Source: Ginglymostoma cirratum
Lineage: Eukaryota
DNA: 64,000 bases
Assembly: GCA_024137785.1 (NCBI GenBank)
Contig: JAHRHZ010000267.1
Location: forward strand, 22,251,644 to 22,315,643
Direction of reading: 5' to 3'
The notes under the pieces were generated by a model. It searched no databases, was not told the DNA's origin, and saw nothing but the letters and a program-made list of their open reading frames with translations. This document shows positions 49,718-62,140 of this stretch, one piece after another; positions within the stretch are counted from its first letter, which is position 1; the number at the start of each line of letters is the position of its first letter. The position numbers and the translations under genes are program-made.

Positions 49718-51059
49718 AGCTGTGTGCAAGCTCGATTCAGAAAGGGATCCAATAGTGTTTGTCACAGCACAATGAGATAATGACAAAAGAAGCTTGACCC
49801 TGTATCATACTTAGAAAAGATACATAAGCTCTAACCTGTGGAGATATATTAGCTAGCCTATTATGATAAACGTAAACTGGAGTCGGTGGTGGATTTCTGG
49901 GATAAATTTTACCTATGTATCATTGTTCATAAACTATGCATGAGGAATTGTGTGGATGAGTGTCTGCATGCTCACTACCTGCTAAACTGCCTTGGAAATT
50001 CTCTACCATGTTGGAATTCATAGTTGTTTTTGAATTTCAGCTAAGTTTTTTCTGAAAGGCTATGGTGATTTTACTTATAGCGACTAGTCATACATATAAC
50101 GTTGGATATGAGAGAACTGATATCGTTACTACTTCTATTGGAAGTAGCCATCAAAAATAGGGTACATTTTCCGAAAGTTACTATAAGCACATTAATCTGA
50201 CTGTGTTGTATATTTGATATGTCTCAGACCAATGTAGAAGTAACACTAGTTTCAAAGTGTCCAACAGATTTTATTTACAATGCTTTAAAAATACATCTGC
50301 TGTGATAAATTATCCACACTCTTAATTCAAACTCATCTTTTAGGTGGTTTTGTGGTGCCTGTTTACTCCGTGAGTCAACAGCTAAACTTAACCTTATCAA
50401 ACACAGTGAGAATAGATCACACATCGCACAGATATAATCAAACATAGAACAACTGAATAATTGACTACTACCTGTCCAACCAACCCCATGTAAAGAAAGA
50501 GGTTGAATGGAATCTTATAGGAACCAGGATAAAGGGCACCCTGGCAAGAAATGTGGCAGAATCATGTGAGATGAGTAGCGAGTCTATCTCAACATTGGGA
50601 TTGTGGAGTGTTGTTGGGAGTGCAGGCGGACTGGACCAGGGACTCCAGAGAAACAGTTGCTACAGAATGCTGACAAGGGAAGGGAGGGGAACAGTATCTG
50701 ATGGTGGGATCCCTCTGAAGATTGCTGAAATGGTGGCTTGGATCCTTCTTAAACCATCACATGCCATGTGTAGGTATACCAGCCGTGCTGTGAAAGAGGG
50801 AGTTCCAGATGATACCGTGACAAAGAGGAGTCTGACAATTATTCTCTATGTGGACAGATGCTGACTTCATTGGGAGCAAGTAGTCTAGGTCAATCTTGGA
50901 CCTTATAGCATGGGGGTTTCCATTTTGAAAGCAATCAGGACAGTATAAAGAACATCCAATACACCCAATGTGCAGCTCAATGAAGGAATACTTGTTGAAT
51001 TCTGCCGTAGGCTAAATGTATCCATCATGTGTGGAGGTATCCATCGGAGGAATTTGGAG

Positions 51060-51660
51060 ATTAGATTGAAAGATTTATTATCACCTGTATTTTACAGTGT
51101 TTAATACAGTAAAATACAGTGAAAAGCTTCAACTGTTGCTATAATCCAGTGCCATTTTCAATAGTTTAAGAAGAAAAAGAGATAACTGAAAGTGAGTCCA
51201 TTTTCATTCTACTGCCTCCACCATCACTAACACCTGCACCTCCACACCTCCTCCACTGCCTCACTGCCCCCTGTGCCAGACCCACCAATGTAGAAATTGC
51301 CACTCTTCAGGTGCCATCCCTTTGGCCCTGGGCTGACCTCACCAATGCCGCCACCAATGTGGGGGTCCAATGCTGAACTCACACACGTCCCACAACCAGG
51401 AGTCCCCGGCTCCGCTGCTGTCACTGCGTTGCTGATAACCAGGAGTCCTCAGCTCAGGGCCTACTGCAACTAGGAGCTGCCATTGCTGCCTTTTTGATAA
51501 CCAGGAGTCCCCACTCTGGACCTGCTGCGATCACAGCATGAGTCCTTGGCTCCACTGCTAACTCAATGAAGCCAGGAGTCCCTGCTCTGGGCCTACGACA
51601 ACAAAGAGTCCCTGCTGCCAGGCCAGGCCACCTGTACAAAGAACAAATTATACTGTAACA
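51060..51660 (-). mobile_element. Non-autonomous non-LTR element with internal degenerate tandem repeats
   Basis: Minus-strand tail CTTTTCACTGTATTTTACTG…AATACAGGTGATAATAAATC; internal (A/G)CCAGGAGTCC motif four times plus two degenerate copies within 51395-51615. Confidence 0.55.
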
Positions 51661-52559
51661 AGAAAAGCGACAGTAAAGTTGCTGTAGTCCCAGAGGACCC
51701 AGGATTGCTGTCTCATTATAGAGTGATAACAGGTGCCATAAATGGATGTAGAGTGTTATCTGAAGTTAAAGATGACGGAACAAGACTAATAGAACCTTTA
51801 ACTCACAAGAGAGTACTCAAGAACCTGAAATAATATGTTACACAGCAAGGCATTTCACATGATTGGTATCCAAGTAAAGTAGTTGTTTATTTTGTATCAT
51901 CATTCAACATAAATACTTGCATAGTAACAATGCAGCATTATTAATAGCTTTACCAAACAAATTAGAGGCAAGTATTCATGCCAAGCATGTAGTATAATAA
52001 TTGAAATTGAATATTACTGACTTACAATGTTAAACTGAACCCAAACAAGCCTGTGATACACTACTTTTACTTCTTGTCTAAGTTACTATGCTATCTTCTA
52101 TTATATGTAGATGGTATATCGTAATTCCCAAACATAAACATAGCTCTTTTTGTGATAATTATGTTGCTATCTGTTTCCTTAACCATGTGAAAGTAGTGTA
52201 ATAAAATTGCAGTCAGTTGTTCATAAAGCAATTTTCCATTCAGTCCTTGTTACTGCTTATGTGCCAAGAATCAATTGAGTCTTTGTAATGAAGAGAGTTC
52301 ATGTTGGACAAATCATGAACCAAATTAAGTCACGAGCCCAAGTTAGGCATGTAAATATCATGGATGCAAAAGTGAAATCTCAAACAATTAGAAATCGCTG
52401 GTCAGGCGTCAGCAGTAGAATTGTGTTGAAACCGGAGCACTGCACTTCAGGAAGAATGCCAAACCCTGGAGATTTAATTAAATAATATGAGAATAAAAAT
52501 TGATGAGAAATGTCACTTAAGTACAGAGACTGAAAAAAACTGAGGTTGTTTCCCTCAAC

Positions 52560-52757
52560 ATCTATACTACTGTTAATCCTTCAACCAACATCAATAATAA
52601 TCAGGTAGTCATTACCAAATTGCTGTTTGTCGGATATGCTTATGTACTGATTGGCCATCCCATTTCCTGCTTTGCAACAGGGTGTTTACATTTCATTTGA
52701 TGTAAGAGCTTTGAGGAATCATTTGACTGTTGCTATATAAATACAAATCTTTCTTTG
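52560..52757 (+). mobile_element. Old SINE/L2-type 3' tail nested in a CR1 remnant (~52500-53070)
   Basis: CAAATTGCTGTTTGTCGGATATGCTTATGTACTGATTGGC…GCTATATAAATACAAATCTTTCTTT; flanks GGTTGTTTCCCT and GAAGAGAAGGTTAAGGGAAGATT rejoin as CR1. Confidence 0.55.
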
Positions 52758-53879
52758 TGTCCATGAGAAGAGAAGGTTAAGGGAAGATTAAATAAGAGAA
52801 ACACGACAAATTGTTTCCAGTACTGGGGAGTTCGGTTTAAAAAAAAAATCACAGATCAAAGGTTCAGCAAAAAATAAAGGAAATTAGGAGATTTTGTGAA
52901 ATGCAGTGAAATATTTTGGCAGGGAAGTCATACTTAGAAAAGTGGTAGAAGTAATATCCAAAGTAATATTGGATACAAAAAAAAGATTGCAAGTGAAGAC
53001 CAGGGGTATGTGACGAACTGGATTTTTCTTTAATGAGCCAACACGTCACTGTTGTATGAATTATTCCTACATAAATTGCAACACAGTTTGATCATATTGT
53101 AACATCATTATTTTTGTGTGGATGAGTTCTTTCTGTTTGAAGGGTTTCTATTTTCTTTTTCCCATCCCTAATAGGATTCTTTCATATCAAGCATCATTCC
53201 TCAGCCAATATTGTTCGAAGTTCAGTGGCTTAGATGATGTGTGCTGGCTGGAAGCAGGTCCCTACACAACACTGCATTCTGAAATTTGAGGATATGTGTC
53301 ACTATCTTGCTAATTGCTAACGCTGTGCATAAAAATGCCAACTAAATCTAATACCACTCCATCAACAATGTATTTCACTGTGCAGAATCACAAGTGGGAG
53401 AAAATTGATGGCTATTTGGTACTTAACAGCTGTTGTGATATACCTTGAAGGTACATATCTAAAACTGCTGTTCATCACCAGGCACAATGTGATGTTTACA
53501 TCATGTAATTATTGGGTCAGATAATAGTACCAGTCCAAGAGACCAGATGTAATAACTAGAGCACCAACCTACTTGTCAAATACAAGGCTATGAATCAGTT
53601 TGGTTCAGGTAGATTTAATTGAGGTATCCAAGAGGTAATTGTTTCTATTTAAATGATTATCCAATGTGCATGTTAAGGGAAAAGGCAGAACAATGACATG
53701 AAGGTAAAATGATCAGAGAATCAGTGCAGACACAATAGGCCAAATGTAGTTCTTTTGCATGTGCACATTGACAAGCTGGATAGTTCCATGGCCACATTAG
53801 ACACTTTAAGTTATTTAGCCAACCTGTCCAAAACTACAGCTATTTCCTCAGATCTGCAAATAGGTCTCATTAATAACTC

Positions 53880-54800
53880 ATAACTTTCAGGCAGTATAAA
53901 TGCCAGCAACGTTAACAAAAAATGTCCAGTGATCCCCTAATGCAAATCTTAAGAAAGACCATTATTAGTCAGTGGTCAGATGCCTTTCCAGAGGTGCTAG
54001 GACCATTTTGGCCTTATAGAGACAAGCTTGAGATATATAAAGGTATTATCTTCAAGATTAAATAAGTCATTACTCCAGAATGCCCTAGACCTGACATCCT
54101 ATAGCAATTACATTGAGCACTTATGGAGAGAACTCAAACCAGGGGACTCAATAAAGAAATTGTATACTAGCCAGGAATAAACCAAGACACTGGAAGTGCC
54201 ATGAGCAATGTGAGGAATGTCAAGTCTACAAGCCCAGTCACTGCAAAGAACCTCCAACACTTTATAATATAAAATAAACTCAACTCTGTTGGAATAACAT
54301 CCTGGTTGTGGCTATCTTTCTGAAAATTTCCCATTATCTATCAGTTATACAATGTGTCCAGCAAAACTGTTAGAGATACACTGAGAAAAATCTTTAACCT
54401 ATTTCAGGTACTGCAAGAGGTTTTTTTGGAATAACAGATCCCATTAAACGAAAAAACTGTTCAAGGTTATGTCTGAAATGTGAAGAGTTGACCACACACC
54501 TCACCCCCTTACTATTTATTCCAAGTCAATTAGTATGGCTGAAGTTATGGCATGTAAGGCAAAGTCTGCAATGATAAAATATTGGCAAAGTAAATGAGAT
54601 TTGTATCCTTCAAATTCCTTCAAAAGCAGAATTATTGCTCAGTAAACAAGTGCAAACGGCCCGTCCCAGTCTTCATTCCTCAGTACTTCTATGAGTATGA
54701 GATGTATTCATTGCAAAACAGAGAATGGTGAAGAGCTCATGTGACTGGCATGCAGGCAAAAAAACTATGCAATTTAAAATTGGTTAAATGACACACATAC
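53880..54800 (+). mobile_element. Ty3/Gypsy integrase remnant
   Basis: PEVLGPFWPYRDKLEIYKGIIFK…VITPECPRPDIL*QLH…VY*PGINQD…CEECQVYKPSHCKEP (zinc-binding region), later HTSPP. Confidence 0.85.
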
Positions 54801-54979
54801 ATACTCAAATGGAGCATAGAATTTAGCACAAATTATTAGCATCTGTCCAGAACTGTGATTGCATCAAGTACAAATACACAATAGCATGACATTGTGAAGA
54901 AATGGATTCCAAATTGGAAATCTACTATGACAAGAAATAGCAAGTAATCCCATCTTAAATATAGACTGTTGTACATTCT

Positions 54980-55497
54980 GAGATGATAGTCAAGTGATGT
55001 TATTGCTAAACCTGGCAAACCAGAGACCCAGGTAATGTTCTGGGAACCTGGATTCAAATCCCCCAATGATGGACTTGGAATTCAATTTTTATTAAATCTT
55101 GAACTGAAAGTCTAATGATATGAAACTATTGCTGATTGTCAGGAAACCCGTATGGTTCATTACTGTCCTGTTATGAATGAAATCTACCATCCTCATCTGG
55201 TCTCACCTACATGTGGCTCGAGACCCACAGAAATATGCTTGACTTCTAACTGCCTGCTGAACTGACCTAGCAAGCCATTCAATTATATGAATCACGAGAG
55301 AGTATCAGAAAAGGAATGAAACTGAAAGGACCACCACACATTGACCTAGGCTCTGGAAACAACAATGACAAAAACAGCCCTGCTGACCCTGCAAAGTCCT
55401 CCTTACTAGGCTCTGGAGGCTCGTGCCTGAAATAGTCAAACTCATGGATTATTACCTTGCGCACCATGTCACAGACACCATCCCTGGATATGTGCTA
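54980..55497 (+). mobile_element. tRNA-headed SINE-like head continuing into the start of a LINE endonuclease ORF
   Basis: 54980-55280 matches the second SINE family (B box GGATTCAAATCCC); 55410-55497 is homologous to 20840-20950 (ACTCATGGATT…TGTC.CAGACACCAT). Confidence 0.7.
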
Positions 55498-56561
55498 AAT
55501 TCTACCATGCTGTAGTTACTGTTTTGTAAGAAATCTTTTACTCTGAGATCATTTCTTAAACCTACCTCATTTCCAATCATGAGATCCAACTTGGCCTGAT
55601 CCCTGCTTGGATCCTTTGCATATTGTTCTTAGAATCTGCCCCAAATACACTCTTTGAATCCTTCCTTGTCAATAGTCTTATCAATTTAACCTTTCTAATC
55701 TAACGTTACCCATGATTAATGTACAGCCTTTTTACATACACTTCATGTTTTCTGATTTTTCTCTGTTGTACTGTATAGTTGCCGTTAAATGGCCTCTTAT
55801 CAATTCCTTCTTCCTCCTGTTATTTTCTTAACTCCACCCATATGGATTCTATACTTTTTGATTCAAGATCATTTTTGCTATCATACTTACTCCATCCATT
55901 ATAGTGGTGATAGAGAGTTGGCTGTAAAGAGGAGCTGCCCAGACGACAAAGAAAGGTACCAAAAATTGTAGGCATGGATGGAAGGGTGAGATAAGTATGC
56001 GTATATCAACTATAAACTGGCAAGCTGTTTTATTCTTTTAGGTTTATCATTAATAGAAAGCATCTGCTTTATTAAAAGATATTTCCTAACATTGGGTCAA
56101 CAGAACGATTTCAATACTTTTTTCAGTACGCAGTGTTAATCTTTGCAGCACAGACAGATAGAGATGGAAAGGTTAATGAGGTTGACTTCTCAATATATTG
56201 TTTCTGTTTTTCAGTCCATAGTTTCTTCTGGGAAGTTTGCAAGAGGCAGAGATGAGGGATTAAGGAAGAACAATTACATCAAGCCAGCAATGTCTTGACT
56301 CATTCTCATTTTCACAACAGTTTTATACGCATAATGCATATATGATTAATATTATTAATGTCAAATTATATATTTGCACATTTATCCAGCCCTCAAAATT
56401 TGATAGCCAACAGCATCCAAATTATTTTCAGCTAAAATCCAGTTTTCACGTTGTCAATTTTTAGTAAAAATGACAGTTATTGGTACGACAAAGACTAAAT
56501 ACACTTCAATTGCACAGTTTGTCTTGGAATGATTTCTGTAGGGTTTTTAACTTTATGTTAT

Positions 56562-56920
56562 TCATTCACCAGATGTGGGCATTTCTGGCAAAATCAGCAT
56601 TGATTGTCTATCCATAACATAACAGTGCTTTGGGAAGATGGTGCTGAGCCACCCTCTTGGCAACTGGGCTTGACCATGAAAAGAGGCCAATTTAAAGTGA
56701 ATAAGATTGCTATAGGTCTGATGCACAAAGAGGCAGATCAAACACAGGTAATAAATTTCCTTTCCTAAACGGCATTGAAGAGCTAGGTGATTTCAGTTAG
56801 GATAATACATTAATTTCATGGTCATCATCATTGAAAGCAACATTTTATTCCAAATTTATTTAATCAATTGAATTTAAATTCTCCTGCTGCCATTGATTTG
56901 AGCTCACATCTCCAAATCAT
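56562..56920 (-). mobile_element. tRNA-headed SINE (second family), old
   Basis: GATGTGGGCATTTCTGGC…TTTCCTTTCCTAAACGGCATT…TTTCATGGTCATCAT…GAATTTAAATTC. Confidence 0.7.
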
Positions 56921-58377
56921 TAAATGTTTCACTCTCTCAGGTTAGGAATCAAATGTGATAGCTGCTGCTGTCAATTAGTAGCCTTTAGTTTAATCAACAG
57001 AAATGGAAAGTAAGTTATTTAGCAGATGTTGAATTCTTGCAGCTGTTACCATGGATGAAGGTCTTGGTTTTTGTTAGGGGTAAAAGATTAACATTATTGT
57101 TTTTAGTATCATGAAATTGTTAATTTACTGGAGCTTTGAAAGTGACTTATTGTGATTGTTGTGTATTCATTTTGTAAACATATTTCAGGCCTTCTGTGGC
57201 TGTATTGCTGTTGGGCTAGTCTTTCATTATTTGCCTAGAGTGTGTTTAGCTGCCCACAGAATTACCGTGGGTCCTCTCAGAGTTGCTAACTGTAATACAG
57301 AGGATGAGCTCACAGCAGCATATTAATTCCCATTCAGCTTGTCTGCAAAGTAGTGCAGATGTTCAATGTTTCGACCAGAGCAGCATGAAGTGTTACCCCC
57401 TAGTTCAAACATCACCAATTTTCCTGTTCAATGATTATTTCTATTAACCGGAAGAAGTTTCAGGTATCAAAGCCAAGTTCTATCTGTATGTAGTTTGTCC
57501 TGCCTATTTACTGCATAATACATAGGATCTCAATTTTAAAGATACACATCTGCTATAATCTAAATAAACGGCTGTACAGACTCAAATGGCTTCCCCTTTA
57601 TCTGTAGTCATCCTCGGTTGTAAAATAATTTCCAGCATGTTGATGTATTACATATCGAAAAATCATGTTTTAAAATATTTCCTGTGGTAGTGCTCACATA
57701 TAAAAAGTTTTATAAAGAACATGCTGTGTATTAATGTCAATAATCCTAATACTTGGTACCTTAAGCAAGTGGCAACATTAGAATGGTTCCATTATATTCA
57801 TGTGCACATCACTATTTATTAAGACTAGCTTAGTCAGAGTTAAATGTATTGGTACAACTCTTGGTTATCTCACATTGATGGTTATGGGGAGTCAGGGATA
57901 TCTCCATTATGGAAGAAGTTTTTTTTAGTTCACTGTTTAATGAATGTTCATGTTAGCTTTGAGAATTAACTCACCACTCTGCAAGACATGGCTAAACTTG
58001 CTCATCTGGACTTCCCTTGCATTATGAAGTCTGAGAGCAAATTTGGTGGAAATAAATGAAATGTGGTAGATTAACCAAAATTCCTATAAGGATTCTTCTT
58101 GATAGCTCGATGACATGGGTATAGCTTTGGCCAGTACTGGCACCGCCCTTCAGGCTTCTTATTTTCCTAGCTTGACTGAATGTCCCACCACAAATACACC
58201 CACAAGACTAAATCCTTCCCACTTCACTCCTCCACACCCATAACTCCAAATTTTATCCTCCCTTAGATCCATTTCCAGTCATTCATGTCCCTGCCCTCAT
58301 TCCACACTCACCACTACTTCATCCTTGCCAGTCCCAAGCCTCCATGAAAATTGCTGTTCTCTGGCTCCCCTTCCTTG

Positions 58378-59074
58378 TGTCATGTAATTAAGGTTAGAAT
58401 GGGAACAGACATTGATGTTAATTGGTTAATTGGTGCCTATTTATATAGAGGGAAACAATCTTGGGGTCCTGTGATACAGTGGCAGAGTCCTACCTTTTGG
58501 CTAGGTGATCCAGGTTCGAGTCCCATTTCAGGAAACAGTAACCATGGAAGTGTATCTTAATATTTACAAACATGTTGATAATTTGAAGTAGATCTTATGA
58601 TGTAGTGTTAGTGTTCCTATCTCTGGACCAGAAGATCCTACTTTATGTGTTTCATAACTTATTTTATGTCTCATAAACTGTCCATACATGATTAAAAATA
58701 TCTATGTCAGGGCCAGTAGGTCCAGGTTTGACTCCCATCTCCACTAGAAGATGTGTGATTACATCTCCAAATAGGTTCTTCTTGTTATAAAAAGGAACAG
58801 TGGATCTTGCAATCCAGTGGCAGCGTCCCTACTTCTAGGTCAGGTGATCTGGGTTCGAGTCTCATCTCAGGATGTGTTGATCTCAGAAATGTGCCACAAT
58901 ACCAACAAGAATATAGGGTTTTAAAAAATGGGGGATCAATGGGGAGCAGCAGTGACTGGGTACTTGAGAGCTGCTAGACTGGTATAGTCAATAAAGTTTC
59001 TGCACATGGGAAAGTGTATTTCTCTTAGTTTCTGTTTGAACAGCCAGGTTAGAATCTATCGACACCTTGTGACA
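58378..59074 (+). mobile_element. Solo-LTR-like element interrupted by an array of tRNA-like heads
   Basis: TGTCA…TGACA termini, TATA-like TTTATATAG at ~58440, AATAAA at 58990; no TSD seen. Confidence 0.45.
58463..58925 (+). repeat. Four tandem ~110-130 bp tRNA-derived SINE-head units
   Basis: A-box-like CAGTGGCAG/TAGTGTTAG followed by TCCTAC/TCCTAT; B boxes GGTTCGAGTCCC (58513), GGTTTGACTCCC (~58724), GGTTCGAGTCTC (58852). Confidence 0.7.
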
Positions 59075-59729
59075 TAGAGTTAAAAACCATAGAACTTACA
59101 AAACAAATGCAATAGTGTACACCACCTTAAAACAACCATGATTCAGATGCTACAGAATTCTTATGCGCCACTGACTTTATTTTGAATGTGAGATATAATT
59201 TTGATAAGTTTTATACTGATGAATATTCAATATGAGCTAATCTAAGTGTGAACCTGCCAGTATGAGTCTACTGATTTTATCTCTTCATAGCAAGCCACAA
59301 TCCACTAATCTCCTCATTTAGTAGGTTTCATATCTTGCATTCACGAGATCTTTCAGTCTCAAAAGAGGGAATTTAATCTGAATATGTAAATAAAACAGAA
59401 AAATTATAGATGATTTTAAAGATCCATTCATGTTTTGATTGCATGTAAGAATTCATAATTTATATAAATTGCATGGTTCTTAAGTGACAGTTTTGACAAT
59501 CTAAAGTCTATTTCCTTCCAAACGTTTTTGCAAGCAAAGAATGAAAGGAAGCATCTTTAAACTCTTCTTGATGCACAGATTGTTCAGAAATCCTGCAAAC
59601 TGTGAAAATATAGCTGTGATTAAAACATTCCTCCAACTGTAGGTGTAAAAATATCCAGGTGAAGCCCACACTTTTTAGGACCAACTAAGTACATAATGTA
59701 AAACCTTTAATGAATGAACCTTTGATGAA

Positions 59730-59790
59730 TGAATGTGGACTTGTCGGGCCGAAGGGCCTGTTTCCACACTGTAGGGATTCTGTGAATTCT
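59730..59790 (+). mobile_element. HE1/CR1 3' tail fragment
   Basis: GTGGACTTGTCGGGCCGAAGGGCCTGTTTCCACACTGTAGGGATTCT. Confidence 0.8.
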
Positions 59791-61071
59791 TTAATGCAAG
59801 AAAGCATTCACTTGCTAAATTTGTTCTTTGAGTGTACATATTTTTAAAATTTGTTTTAGAGGATGGAACTTTTAACCATAGCCAACCGGCAGAAAACAAA
59901 AGCACATGGGCTCTTAAATTTGCTCAATTTATTTAATTATGCTGAAATTAGTGCAAACTGACCAATCAAAATTTTAACTTGGTTAACTGATGAGGCACCA
60001 AAGTTGCTCATTGAGACAGGCGGAATCCAATTGTTACATATCCATTTTAGCAGGGCAGTGATGCCTTTGGGACTCATTGCAATTTTATCTCACTAGTTAT
60101 AGCAAGAAGCTAAAGTGAGTTTCCCATCTGATCTACCCAGCAACAAACTTGAATGTGGCTAGAAGAGTGCAACTAAAAGTTTTTTATCTTAAAACTTAAA
60201 ATTGAGATGCTTTGATCATAAAGGGGCAAGCAAACCTCTTTGGGTCACAAGGGAAATGGTGACCTCCCTTGGCAGTAACATGCACCTATACCCCAAATTT
60301 GAGGTACCAGGAGAACAACTCTAACGTTCAATTTGCCACTAACCTGCTCTTAATGAACAAGCTCCAAGTGTGAAATTTTTTTTGCTGATTCTCATTGACT
60401 TCCCATTGGTACTGCGTGGAACTGGCTGGTTGGATCTAATGGGGTCTTGGAGTAGCAATACAGTACAATTTCCTCCAACATGAAACCAGCCCAGAGCTGA
60501 AAATCTGAGTATTAAATGAAAATAACTTATTATAAGTGTTGCATGATTCGATGGGAAAAGACAGTCTCCTAGTGCACTAACAAATGATATTTTCACAACA
60601 GCAGTATTGCCAGAGCACTCAGGAACCTTTATTCTGCATCTGTCCTGATATCTAGCTTTGAAGTATTTGATGCTGACACTGAATACAAAGTGGGAAATTA
60701 CTCAGCTTTTGGCATTCGTCAACTTGATGAGCAAAAAGAAAGTTAATAATCCAGAATAATTATCATTGAACTGTATTGATCTTTCTGACGTGAACTTTAA
60801 TGCCTCAGTGCCACTGCAATATTTCAGAGCTGACAAATGGTCTTGAAGAGTGTATAACAACTGTAAACTTTTGAAGCAATCTTCAGCCTGAATGACAAAA
60901 GGCAAATTTCTACATTTCAGATATGTAATATATCTCTTTTTAAAAAGATTGACGAACATTTTTCTTTTCTGTCACTGCTAAGAATTTTTGGATCCAGTGC
61001 TGAGGCAGTCAAATTTTTGCTTATGCTCTGGTAGTGAACATGTTTGTATCCAATTTTTTTTTTCAACGTAT

Positions 61072-61425
61072 TCTTTCACAGCATGTGGACGTTGCTGGCC
61101 AGGATGAGTATTTGTTGATGTGTGGCTTGCTAGGCCGTTTGAAGAGGGCAGTTAAGAGTCAACCACTTTACTCTGGGTCTAGAGTCACATGTAAGGAAGA
61201 CCTGGAAAAATTTCCTTCTCTAAAGAATACTATTGAATCAGATGAGTCTTTACAACAATCAAAAATACTTACACATTCCCCATTACTGAGGTTAGCTTTT
61301 AATTTTATTAATTGTATCTAAATTACACTAGTTGCCGTGCTGGAATTTGAACAAGTGTTCCCAAAATATTTGACTAGGTCTCTGGAATACTAGCCCAAAA
61401 ATATCATCACTGTACAACCAGCTCC
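61072..61425 (-). mobile_element. tRNA-headed SINE (second family)
   Basis: GGCTTGCTAGGCCGTTTGAAGAGGGCAGTTAAGAGTCAACCAC…GGAATTTGAAC. Confidence 0.8.
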
Positions 61426-61559
61426 CTTAATGCAGTGGACCTAGTTATAATATGCCTTTGCTGTGCAATCACATGGTAGGAGAAGTGGAAGGGTTCACCA
61501 CTGCTGAGAGCTCCTGCACTCATGCTATTAGCGGCTTGAATATAGCCATCTGCAAACCA

Positions 61560-62140
61560 CTTCACTGGGAATTATCCTTCACACTGTGGTGTTCCACTAT
61601 TATCACTGAGGAAGTGGTCATGGGGACCGGGATCTGGTGGTGCTGGTGGATAGGGTGGTGGAGAAGAGAACAATGCTTTATCCTGCTGACCACCACAGGA
61701 GGCCACATTACCAGACACAGCCAGCACAGAATGAAATGACAGTCTAGCTCAGTGCTGTATTGTGGGTAAGAAGGAACTCACAGTGTTGCAGGGAAAAGGC
61801 CAATGATCCTCTGTAATCTTCAGAGGTAAGTGCCAACATCTTCTCTGCTACCTCACACTCACAGGTCCACTATTCAACCACCTGTGCTGCTGCACACATT
61901 TCTCATCGAGATACACGGGCTGTAACTCTCGCTATAGCACCATGTCCATTAAATGGCCATCACTTACCTCAACCTGCCAAGCTACTAACCCTCATTGTCC
62001 TCTTGGTTTTCCTATTAACTTAGTGGGGACACCTCACCACCTCCCTTACTCCTGCATCATCATTAATTGCTCTTCCATCCACTTTCATCGTACTTAATCT
62101 CTCCATTTGTCTCATTGCGGGAAAATTTGGTTCACACCCA
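61560..62140 (+). mobile_element. Harbinger Myb/SANT-like gene remnant, third copy
   Basis: VEKRTMLYPA…QCCREKANDPL*SS, donor GTAAGT at 61826, C-rich intron, degenerate acceptor near 62118. Confidence 0.55.

Noticed and set aside
51395-51615. CRISPR-like repeat-spacer array
   Set aside because: Repeats are only about 11 bp, spacers are irregular and mutually related, there are no cas genes, and the context is vertebrate
58463-58925. Functional tRNA gene cluster
   Set aside because: A/B boxes are present, but cloverleaf stems are degenerate and unit 2 lacks a B box; SINE-derived
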